From assembly GCA_964016885.1 (NCBI GenBank), contig OZ024740.1:279372001-279436000 (forward strand): 64,000 nt of DNA. Reading direction: 5' to 3'. The notes beneath the pieces were generated by a model. That model saw only the letters and a program-made list of their open reading frames with translations. It did not search any database and was not told where the DNA came from. The translations under genes and the position numbers were made by a program. Below are positions 38,801 to 53,800 of the stretch, in pieces; within the stretch, counting starts at the first letter, position 1; every line of letters starts with the position of its first letter. The stretch is from Eledone cirrhosa (Eukaryota).

Positions 38801-41800
38801 AGTGAGAACCTCGACTTGGAGTGAAAACCTCGACTTGGAGTGAGAACCTCGACTTGGAGTGAAAACCTCGACTTGGAGTGAGAACCTCGACTTGCAGTGA
38901 GAACCTCGACTTGGAGTGAAAACCTCGACTTGGAGTGAGAACCTCGACTTGGAGTGAGAACCTCGACTTGGAGTGAGAACCTCGACTTGGAGTGAGAACC
39001 TCGACTTGGAGTGAGAACCTCGACTTGGAGTGAGAACCTCGACTTGGAGTGAAAACCTCGACTTGGAGTGAGAACCTCGACTTGGAGTGAGAACCTCGAC
39101 TTGGAGTTAAAACCTCGACTTGGAGTGAGAACCTCGACTTGGAGTGAGAACCTCGACTTGGAGTGAAAACCTCGACTTGGCGTGAGAACCTCGACTTGGA
39201 GTGAAAACCTCGACTTGGAGTGAGAACCTCGACTTGGAGTGAAAACCTCGACTTGGAGTGAGAACCTCGACTTGGAGTGAAAACCTCGACTTGGAGTGAG
39301 AACCTCGACTTGGAGTGAGAACCTCGACTTGGAGTGAAAACCTCGACTTGTAGTGAAAACCTCGACTTGGAGTGTAAACTGCGACTCTGAGTGAAAACCT
39401 CGACTTGGAGTGAGAACCTCGACTTGGAGTGAAAACCTCGACTTGGAGTGAAAACCTCGACTTGGAGTGAAAACCTCGACTTGGAGTGAAAACCTCGACT
39501 TGGAGTGAAAACCTCGACTTGGAGTGAAAACCTCGACTTGGAGTGAAAACCTCGACTTGGAGTGAGAACCTCGACTTGGAGTGGAAACCTCGACTTGGAG
39601 TGAAAACCTCGACTTGGAGTGAAAACCTCGACTTGGAGTGAAAACCTCGACTTGGAGTCTAAACTGCGACTCTGAGTGTAAACTGCGACTCTGAGTGAAA
39701 ACCTCGACTTGGAGTGAAAACCTCAACTTGGATGGAGAACCTCGACTTGGAGTGAGAACCTCGACTTGGAGTGAAAACCTCGACTTGGAGTGAGAACCTC
39801 GACTTGGAGTGAAAACCTCGACTTGGAGTGAGAACCTCGACTTGGAGTGAAAACCTCGACTTGGAGTGAGAACCTCGACTTTGAGTGAAAACCTCGACTT
39901 GGAGTGAAAACCTCGACTTGGAGTGAGAACCTCGACTTGGAGTGAGAACCTCGACTTGGAGTGAGAACCTCGACTTGGAGTGAAAACCTCGACTTGGAGT
40001 GAAAACCTCGACTTGGAGTGAGAACCTCGACTTGGAGTCTAAACTGCGACTCTGAGTGTAAACTGCGACTCTGAGTGAAAACCTCGACTTGGAGTGAAAA
40101 CCTCAACTTGGATGGAGAACCTCGACTTGGAGTGAGAACCTCGACTTGGAGTGAAAACCTCGACTTGGAGTGAGAACCTCGACTTGGAGTGAAAACCTCG
40201 ACTTGGAGTGAGAACCTCGACTTGGAGTGAAAATCTCGACTTGGAGTGAGAACCTCGACTTGGAGTGAAAACCTCGACTTGGAGTGAAAACCTCGACTTG
40301 GAGTGAGAACCTCGACTTGGAGTGAGAACCTCGACTTGGAGTGAGAACCTCGACTTGGAGTGAAAACCTCGACTTGGAGTGAGAACCTCGACTTGGAATG
40401 AGAACCTCGACTTGGAGTGAAAACCTCGACTTGGAGTGAGAACCTCGACTTGGAGTGAAAACCTCGACTTGGAGTGTAAACTGCGACTCTGAGTGAAAAC
40501 CTCGACTTGGAGTGAGAACCTCGACTTGGAGTGAAAACCTCGACTTGGAGGGAGAACCTCGACTTGGAGTGAGAACCTCGACTTGGAGTGAAAACCTCGA
40601 CTTGGAGTGAGAACCTCGACTTGGAGTGAAAACCTCGACTTGGAGTGAGAACCTCGACTTGGAGTGAAAACCTCGACTTGGAGTGAGAACCTCGACTTGG
40701 AGTGAAAACCTCGACTTGGAGTGAGAACCTCGACTTGCAGTGAGAACCTCGACTTGGAGTGAGAACCTCGACTTGGAGTGAGAACCTCGACTTGGAGTGA
40801 GAACCTCGACTTGGAGTGAGAACCTCGACTTGGAGTGAGAACCTCGACTTGGAGTGAGAACCTCGACTTGGAGTGAGAACCTCGACTTGGAGTGAAAACC
40901 TCGACTTGGAGTGAGAACCTCGACTTGGAGTGAGAACCTCGACTTGGAGTGAGAACCTCGACTTGGAGTTAAAACCTCGACTTGGAGTGAGAACCTCGAC
41001 TTGGAGTGAGAACCTCGACTTGGAGTGAAAACCTCGACTTGGCGTGAGAACCTCGACTTGGAGTGAAAACCTCGACTTGGAGTGAGAACCTCGACTTGGA
41101 GTGAAAACCTCGACTTGGAGTGAGAACCTCGACTTGGAGTGAAAACCTCGACTTGGAGTGAGAACCTCGACTTGTAGTGAAAACCTCGACTTGGAGTGTA
41201 AACTGCGACTCTGAGTGAAAACCTCGACTTGGAGTGAGAACCTCGACTTGGAGTGAAAACCTCGACTTGGAGTGAGAACCTCGACTTGGAGTGAAAACCT
41301 CGACTTGGAGTGAGAACCTCGACTTGGAGTGAAAACCTCGACTTGGAGTGAGAACCTCGACTTGGAGTGAGAACCTCGACTTGGAGTGAAAACCTCGACT
41401 TGTAGTGAAAACCTCGACTTGGAGTGAAAACCTCGACTTGTAGTGAAAACCTCGACTTGGAGTGTAAACTGCGACTCTGAGTGAAAACCTCGACTTGGAG
41501 TGAGAACCTCGACTTGGAGTGAAAACCTCGACTTGGAGTGAAAACCTCGACTTGGAGTGAAAACCTCGACTTGGAGTGAAAACCTCGACTTGGAGTGAAA
41601 ACCTCGACTTGGAGTGAAAACCTCGACTTGGAGTGAAAACCTCGACTTGGAGTGAGAACCTCGACTTGGAGTGGAAACCTCGACTTGGAGTGAAAACCTC
41701 GACTTGGAGTGAAAACCTCGACTTGGAGTGAAAACCTCGACTTGGAGTCTAAACTGCGACTCTGAGTGTAAACTGCGACTCTGAGTGAAAACCTCGACTT

Positions 41801-44800
41801 GGAGTGAAAACCTCAACTTGGATGGAGAACCTCGACTTGGAGTGAGAACCTCGACTTGGAGTGAAAACCTCGACTTGGAGTGAGAACCTCGACTTGGAGT
41901 GAAAACCTCGACTTGGAGTGAGAACCTCGACTTGGAGTGAAAACCTCGACTTGGAGTGAGAACCTCGACTTTGAGTGAAAACCTCGACTTGGAGTGAAAA
42001 CCTCGACTTGGAGTGAGAACCTCGACTTGGAGTGAGAACCTCGACTTGGAGTGAAAACCTCGACTTGGAGTGAAAACCTCGACTTGGAGTGAGAACCTCG
42101 ACTTGGAGTCTAAACTGCGACTCTGAGTGTAAACTGCGACTCTGAGTGAAAACCTCGACTTGGAGTGAAAACCTCAACTTGGATGGAGAACCTCGACTTG
42201 GAGTGAGAACCTCGACTTGGAGTGAAAACCTCGACTTGGAGTGAGAACCTCGACTTGGAGTGAAAACCTCGACTTGGAGTGAGAACCTCGACTTGGAGTG
42301 AAAACCTCGACTTGGAGTGAGAACCTCGACTTGGAGTGAAAACCTCGACTTGGAGTGAAAACCTCGACTTGGAGTGAGAACCTCGACTTGGAGTGAGAAC
42401 CTCGACTTGGAGTGAGAACCTCGACTTGGAGTGAAAACCTCGACTTGGAGTGAGAACCTCGACTTGGAATGAGAAGCTCGACTTGGAGTGAAAACCTCGA
42501 CTTGGAGTGAGAACCTCGACTTGGAGTGAAAACCTCGACTTGGAGTGAGAACCTCGACTTGGAGTGAAAACCTCGACTTGGAGTGTAAACTGCGACTCTG
42601 AGTGAAAACCTCGACTTGGAGTGAGAACCTCGACTTGGAGTGAAAACCTCGACTTGGAGGGAGAACCTCGACTTGGAGTGAGAACCTCGACTTGGAGTGA
42701 AAACCTCGACTTGGAGTGAGAACCTCGACTTGGAGTGAAAACCTCGACTTGGAGTGAGAACCTCGACTTGGAGTGAAAACCTCGACTTGGAGTGAGAACC
42801 TCGACTTGGAGTGAAAACCTCGACTTGGAGTGAGAACCTCGACTTGCAGTGAGAACCTCGACTTGGAGTGAGAACCTCGACTTGGAGTGAGAACCTCGAC
42901 TTGGAGTGAGAACCTCGACTTGGAGTGAGAACCTCGACTTGGAGTGAGAACCTCGACTTGGAGTGAGAACCTCGACTTGGAGTGAGAACCTCGACTTGGA
43001 GTGAGAACCTCGACTTGGAGTGAGAACCTCGACTTGGAGTGAGAACCTCGACTTGGAGTGAGAACCTCGACTTGGAGTGAGAACCTCGACTTGGAGTTAA
43101 AACCTCGACTTGGAGTGAGAACCTCGACTTGGAGTGAGAACCTCGACTTGGAGTGAAAACCTCGACTTGGCGTGAGAACCTCGACTTGGAGTGAAAACCT
43201 CGACTTGGAGTGAGAACCTCGACTTGGAGTGAAAACCTCGACTTGGAGTGAGAACCTCGACTTGGAGTGAAAACCTCGACTTGGAGTGAGAACCTCGACT
43301 TGTAGTGAAAACCTCGACTTGGAGTGTAAACTGCGACTCTGAGTGAAAACCTCGACTTGGAGTGAGAACCTCGACTTGGAGTGAAAATCTCGACTTGGAG
43401 TGAAAACCTCGACTTGGAGTGAAAACCTCGACTTGGAGTGAAAACCTCGACTTGGAGTGAAAACCTCGTCTTGGAGTGAGAACCTCGACTTGGAGTGAAA
43501 ACCTCGACTTGGAGTGAGAACCTCGACTTGGAGTGAGAACCTCGACTTGGAGTGGAAACCTCGACTTGGAGTGAAAACCTCGACTTGGAGTGAAAACCTC
43601 GACTTGGAGTGAAAACCTCGACTTGGAGTGAGAACCTCGACTTGGAGTCTAAACTGCGACTCTGAGTGTAAACTGCGACTCTGAGTGAAAACCTCGACTT
43701 GGAGTGAAAACCTCAACTTGGATGGAGAACCTCGACTTGGAGTGAGAACCTCGACTTGGAGTGAAAACCTCGACTTGGAGTGAGAACCTCGACTTGGAGT
43801 GAAAACCTCGACTTGGAGTGAGAACCTCGACTTGGAGTGAAAACCTCGACTTGGATTGAAAACCTCGACTTGGAGTGAGAACCTCGACTTCGAGTGAGAA
43901 CCTCGACTTGGAGTGAGAACCTCGACTTGGAGTGAGAACCTCGACTTGGAGTGAAAACCTCGACTTGGAGTGAAAACCTCGACTTGGAGTGAGAACCTCG
44001 ACTTGGAGTGAAAACCTCGACTTGGAGTGAGAACCTCGACTTGCAGTGAGAACCTCGACTTGGAGTGAAAACCTCGACTTGGAGTGAGAACCTCGACTTG
44101 GAGTGAGAACCTCGACTTGGAGTGAGAACCTCGACTTGGAGTGAGAACCTCGACTTGGAGTGAGAACCTCGACTTGGAGTGAAAACCTCGACTTGGAGTG
44201 AGAACCTCGACTTGGAGTGAGAACCTCGACTTGGAGTGAGAACCTCGACTTGGAGTGAAAACCTCGACTTGGAGTGAGAACCTCGACTTGGAGTGAGAAC
44301 CTCGACTTGGAGTGAGAACCTCGACTTGGAGTGAGAACCTCGACTTGGAGTTAAAACCTCGACTTGGAGTGAGAACCTCGACTTGGAGTGAGAACCTCGA
44401 CTTGGAGTGAAAACCTCGACTTGGCGTGAGAACCTCGACTTGAAGTGAAAACCTCGACTTGGAGTGAGAACCTCGACTTGGAGTGAAAACCTCGACTTGG
44501 AGTGAGAACCTCGACTTGGAGTGAAAACCTCGACTTGGAGTGTAAACTGCGACTCTGAGTGAAAACCTCGACTTGGAGTGAAAACCTCGACTTGGAGTGA
44601 AAACCTCGACTTGGAGGGAGAACCTCGACTTGGAGTGAGAACCTCGACTTGGAGTGAAAACCTCGACTTGGAGTGAGAACTTCGACTTGGAGTGAAAACC
44701 TCGACTTGGAGTGAGAACCTCGACTTGGAGTGAAAACCTCGACTTGGAGTGAGAACCTCGACTTGGAGTGAAAACTTCGACTTGGAGTGAGAACCTCGAC

Positions 44801-47800
44801 TTGCAGTGAGAACCTCGACTTGGAGTGAGAACCTCGACTTGCAGTGAGAACCTCGACTTGGAGTGAGAACCTCGACTTGGAGTGAGAACCTCGACTTGGA
44901 GTGAGAACCTCGACTTGGAGTGAGAACCTCGACTTGGAGTGAGAACCTCGACTTGGAGTGAGAACCTCGACTTGGAGTGAAAACCTCGACTTGGAGTGAG
45001 AACCTCGACTTGGAGTGAGAACCTCGACTTGGAGTGAGAACCTCGACTTGGAGTTAAAACCTCGACTTGGAGTGAGAACCTCGACTTGGAGTGAGAACCT
45101 CGACTTGGAGTGAAAACCTCGACTTGGCGTGAGAACCTCGACTTGGAGTGAAAACCTCGACTTGGAGTGAGAACCTCGACTTGGAGTGAAAACCTCGACT
45201 TGGAGTGAGAACCTCGACTTGGAGTGAAAACCTCGACTTGGAGTGAGAACCTCGACTTGTAGTGAAAACCTCGACTTGGAGTGTAAACTGCAACTCTGAG
45301 TGAAAACCTCGACTTGGAGTGAGAACCTCGACTTGGAGTGAAAATCTCGACTTGGAGTGAAAACCTCGACTTGGAGTGAAAACCTCGACTTGGAGTGAAA
45401 ACCTCGACTTGGAGTGAAAACCTCGACTTGGAGTGAAAACCTCGTCTTGGAGTGAGAACCTCGACTTGGAGTGAAAACGGCGACTTGGAGTGAGAACCTC
45501 GACTTGGAGTGAAAACCTCGACTTGGAGTGAGAACCTCGACTTGGGGTGGAAACCTCGACTTGGAGTGAAAACCTCGACTTGGAGTGAAAACCTCGACTT
45601 GGAGTGAAAACCTCGACTTGGAGTGAGAACCTCGACTTGGAGTCTAAACTGCGACTCTGAGTGTAAACTGCGACTCTGAGTGAAAACCTCGACTTGGAGT
45701 GAAAACCTCAACTTGGATGGAGAACCTCGACTTGGAGTGAGAACCTCGACTTGGAGTGAAAACCTCGACTTGGAGTGAGAACCTCGACTTGGAGTGAAAA
45801 CCTCGACTTGGAGTGAGAACCTCGACTTGGAGTGAAAACCTCGACTTGGAGTGAAAACCTCGACTTGGAGTGAGAACCTCGACTTCGAGTGAGAACCTCG
45901 ACTTGGAGTGAGAACCTCGACTTGGAGTGAGAACCTCGACTTGGAGTGAAAACCTCGACTTGGAGTGAAAACCTCGACTTGGAGTGAGAACCTCGACTTG
46001 GAGTGAAAACCTCGACTTGCAGTGAGAACCTCGACTTGGAGTGAAAACCTCGACTTGGAGTGAGAACCTCGACTTGGAGTGAGAACCTCGACTTGGAGTG
46101 AGAACCTCGACTTGGAGTGAGAACCTCGACTTGGAGTGAGAACCTCGACTTGGAGTGAGAACCTCGACTTGGAGTGAAAACCTCGACTTGGAGTGAGAAC
46201 CTCGACTTGGAGTGAGAACCTCGACTTGGAGTGAGAACCTCGACTTGGAGTGAAAACCTCGACTTGGAGTGAGAACCTCGACTTGGAGTGAGAACCTCGA
46301 CTTGGAGTGAGAACCTCGACTTGGAGTGAGAACCTCGACTTGGAGTTAAAACCTCGACTTGGAGTGAGAACCTCGACTTGGAGTGAGAACCTCGACTTGG
46401 AGTGAAAACCTCGACTTGGCGTGAGAACCTCGACTTGAAGTGAAAACCTCGACTTGGAGTGAGAACCTCGACTTGGAGTGAAAACCTCGACTTGGAGTGA
46501 GAACCTCGACTTGGAGTGAAAACCTCGACTTGGAGTGAGAACCTCGACTTGTAGTGAAAACCTCGACTTGGAGTGTAAACTGCGACTCTGAGTGAAAACC
46601 TCCACTTGGAGTGAGAACCTCGACTTGGAGTGAAAACCTCGACTTGGAGTGAAAACCTCGACTTGGAGTGAGAACCTCGACTTGGAGTGAGAACCTCGAC
46701 TTGGAGTGAGAACCTCGACTTGGAGTGAGAACCTCGACTTGGAGTGAGAACCTCGACTTGGAGTTAAAACCTCGACTTGGAGTGAGAACCTCGACTTGGA
46801 GTGAGAACCTCGACTTGGAGTGAAAACCTCGACTTGGCGTGAGAACCTCGACTTGAAGTGAAAACCTCGACTTGGAGTGAGAACCTCGACTTGGAGTGAA
46901 AACCTCGACTTGGAGTGAGAACCTCGACTTGGAGTGAAAACCTCGACTTGGAGTGTAAACTGCGACTCTGAGTGAAAACCTCGACTTGGAGTGAGAACCT
47001 CGACTTGGAGTGAAAACCTCGACTTGGAGGGAGAACCTCGACTTGGAGTGAGAACCTCGACTTGGAGTGAAAACCTCGACTTGGAGTGAGAACCTCGACT
47101 TGGAGTGAAAACCTCGACTTGGAGTGAGAACCTCGACTTGGAGTGAAAACCTCGACTTGGAGTGAGAACCTCGACTTGGAGTGAAAACTTCGACTTGGAG
47201 TGAGAACCTCGACTTGCAGTGAGAACCTCGACTTGGAGTGAGAACCTCGACTTGCAGTGAGAACCTCGACTTGGAGTGAGAACCTCGACTTGGAGTGAGA
47301 ACCTCGACTTGGAGTGAGAACCTCGACTTGGAGTGAGAACCTCGACTTGGAGTGAGAACCTCGACTTGGAGTGAAAACCTCGACTTGGAGTGAGAACCTC
47401 GACTTGGAGTGAGAACCTCGACTTGGAGTGAGAACCTCGACTTGGAGTTAAAACCTCGACTTGGAGTGAGAACCTCGACTTGGAGTGAGAACCTCGACTT
47501 GGAGTGAAAACCTCGACTTGGCGTGAGAACCTCGACTTGGAGTGAAAACCTCGACTTGGAGTGAGAACCTCGACTTGGAGTGAAAACCTCGACTTGGAGT
47601 GAGAACCTCGACTTGGAGTGAAAACCTCGACTTGGAGTGAGAACCTCGACTTGGAGTGAAAACCTCGACTTGGAGTGTAAACTGCAACTCTGAGTGAGAA
47701 CCTCGACTTGTAGTGAAAACCTCGACTTGGAGTGTAAACTGCAACTCTGAGTGAAAACCTCGACTTGGAGTGAGAACCTCGACTTGGAGTGAAAATCTCG

Positions 47801-50800
47801 ACTTGGAGTGAAAACCTCGACTTGGAGTGAAAACCTCGACTTGGAGTGAAAACCTCGACTTGGAGTGAAAACCTCGACTTGGAGTGAAAACCTCGTCTTG
47901 GAGTGAGAACCTCGACTTGGAGTGAAAACGGCGACTTGGAGTGAGAACCTCGACTTGGAGTGAAAACCTCGACTTGGAGTGAGAACCTCGACTTGGAGTG
48001 GAAACCTCGACTTGGAGTGAAAACCTCGACTTGGAGTGAAAGCCTCGACTTGGAGTGAAAACCTCGACTTGGAGTGAGAACCTCGACTTGGAGTCTAAAC
48101 TGCGACTCTGAGTGTAAACTGCGACTCTGAGTGAAAACCTCGACTTGGAGTGAAAACCTCAACTTGGATGGAGAACCTCGACTTGGAGTGAGAACCTCGA
48201 CTTGGAGTGAAAACCTCGACTTGGAGTGAGAACCTCGACTTGGAGTGAAAACCTCGACTTGGAGTGAGAACCTCGACTTGGAGTGAGAACCTCGACTTGG
48301 AGTGAAAACCTCGACTTGGAGTGAGAACCTCGACTTGCAGTGAGAACCTCGACTTGGAGTGAAAACCTCGACTTGGAGTGAGAACCTCGACTTGGAGTGA
48401 GAACCTCGACTTGGAGTGAGAACCTCGACTTGGAGTGAGAACCTCGACTTGGAGTGAGAACCTCGACTTGGAGTGAGAACCTCGACTTGGAGTGAAAACC
48501 TCGACTTGGAGTGAGAACCTCGACTTGGAGTGAGAACCTCGACTTGGAGTGAGAACCTCGACTTGGAGTGAAAACCTCGACTTGGAGTGAGAACCTCGAC
48601 TTGGAGTGAGAACCTCGACTTGGAGTGAGAACCTCGACTTGGAGTGAGAACCTCGACTTGGAGTTAAAACCTCGACTTGGAGTGAGAACCTCGACTTGGA
48701 GTGAGAACCTCGACTTGGAGTGAAAACCTCGACTTGGCGTGAGAACCTCGACTTGAAGTGAAAACCTCGACTTGGAGTGAGAACCTCGACTTGGAGTGAA
48801 AACCTCGACTTGGAGTGAGAACCTCGACTTGGAGTGAAAACCTCGACTTGGAGTGAGAACCTCGACTTGTAGTGAAAACCTCGACTTGGAGTGTAAACTG
48901 CGACTCTGAGTGAAAACCTCCACTTGGAGTGAGAACCTCGACTTGTAGTGAAAACCTCGACTTGGAGTGTAAACTGCGACTCTGAGTGAAAACCTCCACT
49001 TGGAGTGAGAACCTCGACTTGGAGTGAAAACCTCGACTTGGAGTGAAAACCTCGACTTGGAGTGAAAACCTCGACTTGGAGTGAAAACCTCGTCTTGGAG
49101 TGAGAACCTCGACTTGTAGTGAAAACCTCGACTTGGAGTGAGAACCTCGACTTGGAGTGAAAACCTCGACTTGGAGTGAAAACCTCGACTTGGAGTGAGA
49201 ACCTCGACTTGGAGTGAGAACCTCGACTTGGAGTGAGAACCTCGACTTGGAGTGAGAACCTCGACTTGGAGTGAGAACCTCGACTTGGAGTGAGAACCTC
49301 GACTTGGAGTGAGAACCTCGACTTGGAGTGAGAACCTCGACTTGGAGTGTAAACTGCGACTCTGAGTGAAAATCTCCACTTGGAGTGAGAACCTCGACTT
49401 GGAGTGAAAACCTCGACTTGGAGTGAAAACCTCGACTTGGAGTGAGAACCTCGACTTGGAGTGAAAACCTCGACTTGGAGTGAGAACCTCGACTTGGAGT
49501 GAAAACCTCGACTTGGAGTGAGAACCTCGACTTGGAGTGAAAACCTCGACTTGGAGTGAGAACCTCGACTTGGAGTGAAAACCTCGACTTGGAGTGAGAA
49601 CCTCGACTTGGAGTGAAAACCTCGACTTGGAGTGAGAACCTCGACTTGGAGTGAAAACCTCGACTTGGAGTGAGAACCTCGACTTGGAGTGAGAACCTCG
49701 ACTTGGAGTGAAAACCTCGACTTGGAGTGAGAACCTCGACTTGGAGTGAAAACCTCGACTTGGAGTGAAAACCTCGACTTGGAGTGAAAACCTCGACTTG
49801 GAGTGAAAACCTCGACTTGGAGTGAAAACCTCGACTTGGAGTGAAAACCTCGACTTGGAGTGAGAACCTCGACTTGGAGTGAAAACCTCGACTTGGAGTG
49901 AGAACCTCGACTTGGAGTCTAAACTGCGACTCTGAGTGTAAACTGCGACTCTGAGTGAAAACCTCGACTTGGAGTGAAAACCTCAACTTGGATGGAGAAC
50001 CTCGACTTGGAGTGAGAACCTCGACTTGGAGTGAAAACCTCGACTTGGAGTGAGAACCTCGACTTGGAGTGAAAACCTCGACTTGGAGTGAGAACCTCGA
50101 CTTGGAGTGAAAACCTCGACTTGGAGCGAAAACCTCGACTTGGAGTGAGAACCTCGACTTGGAGTGAGAACCTCGACTTGGAGTGAGAACCTCGACTTGG
50201 AGTGAGAACCTCGACTTGGAGTGAGAACCTCGACTTGGAGTGAGAACCTCGACTTGGAGTGAAAACCTCGACTTGGAGTGAGAACCTCGACTTGGAATGA
50301 GAACCTCGACTTGGAGTGAAAACCTCGACTTGGAGTGAGAACCTCGACTTGGAGTGAAAACCTCGACTTGGAGTGAGAACCTCGACTTGGAGTGAAAACC
50401 TCGACTTGGAGTGTAAACTGCGACTCTGAGTGAAAACCTCGACTTGGAGTGAGAACCTCGACTTGGAGTGAAAACCTCGACTTGGAGGGAGAACCTCGAC
50501 TTGGAGTGAGAACCTCGACTTGGAGTGAGAACCTCGACTTGGAGTGGAAACCTCGACTTGGAGTGAAAACCTCGACTTGGAGTGAAAACCTCGACTTGGA
50601 GTGAAAACCTCGACTTGGAGTGAGAACCTCGATTTGGAGTCTAAACTGCGACTCTGAGTGTAAACTGCGACTCTGAGTGAAAACCTCGACTTGGAGTGAA
50701 AACCTCAACTTGGATGGAGAACCTCGACTTGGAGTGAGAACCTCGACTTGGAGTGAAAACCTCGACTTGGAGTGAGAACCTCGACTTGGAGTGAAAACCT

Positions 50801-53800
50801 CGACTTGGAGTGAGAACCTCGACTTGGAGTGAAAACCTCGACTTGGAGTGAGAACCTCGACTTGGAGTGGAAACCTCGACTTGGAGTGAAAACCTCGACT
50901 TGGAGTGAAAACCTCGACTTGGAGTGAAAACCTCGACTTGGAGTGAGAACCTCGACTTGGAGTCTAAACTGCGACTCTGAGTGTAAACTGCGACTCTGAG
51001 TGAAAACCTCGACTTGGAGTGAAAACCTCAACTTGGATGGAGAACCTCGACTTGGAGTGAGAACCTCGACTTGGAGTGAAAACCTCGACTTGGAGTGAGA
51101 ACCTCGACTTGGAGTGAAAACCTCGACTTGGAGTGAGAACCTCGACTTGGAGTGAAAACCTCGACTTGGAGTGAGAACCTCGACTTGGAGTGAAAACCTC
51201 GACTTGGAGTGAAAACCTCGACTTGGAGTGAGAACCTCGACTTGGAGTGAGAACCTCGACTTGGAGTGAGAACCTCGACTTGGAGTGAGAACCTCGACTT
51301 GGAGTGAAAACCTCGACTTGGAGTGAAAACCTCGACTTGGAGTGAGAACCTCGACTTGGAATGAGAACCTCGACTTGGAGTGAAAACCTCGACTTGGAGT
51401 GAGAACCTCGACTTGGAGTGAAAACCTCGACTTGGAGTGAGATCCTCGACTTGGAGTGAGATCCTCGACTTGGAGTGAAAACCTCGAGTTGGAGTGTAAA
51501 CTGCGACTCTGAGTGAAAACCTCGACTTGGAGTGAGAACCTCGACTTGGAGTGAAAACCTCGACTTGGAGGGAGAACCTCGACTTGGAGTGAGAACCTCG
51601 ACTTGGAGTGAGAACCTCGACTTGGAGTGAAAACCTCGACTTGGAGTGAGAACCTCGACTTGGAGTGAAAACCTCGACTTGGAGTGAAAACCTCGACTTG
51701 GAGTGAAAACCTCGACTTGGAGTGAGAACCTCGACTTGCAGTGAGAACCTCGACTTGCAGTGAGAACCTCGACTTGGAGTGAAAACCTCGACTTGGAGTG
51801 AGAACCTCGACTTGGAGTGAGAACCTCGACTTGGAGTGAGAACCTCGACTTGGAGTGAGAACCTCGACTTGGAGTGAGAACCTCGACTTGGAGTGAAAAC
51901 CTCGACTTGGAGTGAGAACCTCGACTTGGAGTGAGAACCTCGACTTGGAGTGAGAACCTCGACTTGGAGTGAAAACCTCGACTTGGAGTGAGAACCTCGA
52001 CTTGGAGTGAGAACCTCGACTTGGATTGAGAACCTCGACTTGGAGTGAGAACCTCGGCTTGGAGTTAAAACCTCGACTTGGAGTGAGAACCTCGACTTGG
52101 AGTGAGAACCTCGACTTGGAGTGAAAACCTCGACTTGGCGTGAGAACCTCGACTTGAAGTGAAAACCTCGACTTGGAGTGAGAACCTCGACTTGGAGTGA
52201 AAACCTCGACTTGGAGTGAGAACCTCGACTTGGAGTGAAAACCTCGACTTGGAGTGAGAACCTCGACTTGTAGTGAAAACCTCGACTTGGAGTGTAAATT
52301 GCGACTCTGAGTGAAAACCTCGACTTGGAGTGAGAACCTCGACTTGGAGTGAAAACCTCGACTTGGAGTGAGAACCTCGACTTGGAGTGAGAACCTCGAC
52401 TTGGAGTGAGAACCTCGACTTGGAGTGAGAACCTCGACTTGGAGTGAGAACCTCGGCTTGGAGTTAAAACCTCGACTTGGAGTGAGAACCTCGACTTGGA
52501 GTGAGAACCTCGACTTGGAGTGAAAACCTCGACTTGGCGTGAGAACCTCGACTTGAAGTGAAAACCTCGACTTGGAGTGAGAACCTCGACTTGGAGTGAA
52601 AACCTCGACTTGGAGTGTAAACTGCGACTCTGAGTGAAAACCTCGACTTGGAGTGAGAACCTCGACTTGGAGTGAAAACCTCGACTTGGAGCGAAAACCT
52701 CGACTTGGAGTGAGAACCTCGACTTGGAGTGAGAACCTCGACTTGGAGTGAGAACCTCGACTTGGAGTGAGAACCTCGACTTGGAGTGAGAACCTCGACT
52801 TGGAGTGAGAACCTCGACTTGGAGTGAAAACCTCGACTTGGAGTGAGAACCTCGACTTGGAATGAGAACCTCGACTTGGAGTGAAAACCTCGACTTGGAG
52901 TGAGAACCTCGACTTGGAGTGAAAACCTCGACTTGGAGTGAGAACCTCGACTTGGAGTGAAAACCTCGACTTGGAGTGTAAACTGCGACTCTGAGTGAAA
53001 ACCTCGACTTGGAGTGAGAACCTCGACTTGGAGTGAAAACCTCGACTTGGAGGGAGAACCTCGACTTGGAGTGAGAACCTCGACTTGGAGTGAGAACCTC
53101 GACTTGGAGTGGAAACCTCGACTTGGAGTGAAAACCTCGACTTGGAGTGAAAACCTCGACTTGGAGTGAAAACCTCGACTTGGAGTGAGAACCTCGACTT
53201 GGAGTCTAAACTGCGACTCTGAGTGTAAACTGCGACTCTGAGTGAAAACCTCGACTTGGAGTGAAAACCTCAACTTGGATGGAGAACCTCGACTTGGAGT
53301 GAGAACCTCGACTTGGAGTGAAAACCTCGACTTGGAGTGAGAACCTCGACTTGGAGTGAAAACCTCGACTTGGAGTCAGAACCTCGACTTGGAGTGAAAA
53401 CCTCGACTTGGAGTGAGAACCTCGACTTGGAGTGGAAACCTCGACTTGGAGTGAAAACCTCGACTTGGAGTGAAAACCTCGACTTGGAGTGAAAACCTCG
53501 ACTTGGAGTGAGAACCTCGACTTGGAGTCTAAACTGCGACTCTGAGTGTAAACTGCGACTCTGAGTGAAAACCTCGACTTGGAGTGAAAACCTCAACTTG
53601 GATGGAGAACCTCGACTTGGAGTGAGAACCTCGACTTGGAGTGAAAACCTCGACTTGGAGTGAGAACCTCGACTTGGAGTGAAAACCTCGACTTGGAGTG
53701 AGAACCTCGACTTGGAGTGAGAACCTCGACTTGGAGTGAGAACCTCGGCTTGGAGTTAAAACCTCGACTTGGAGTGAGAACCTCGACTTGGAGTGAGAAC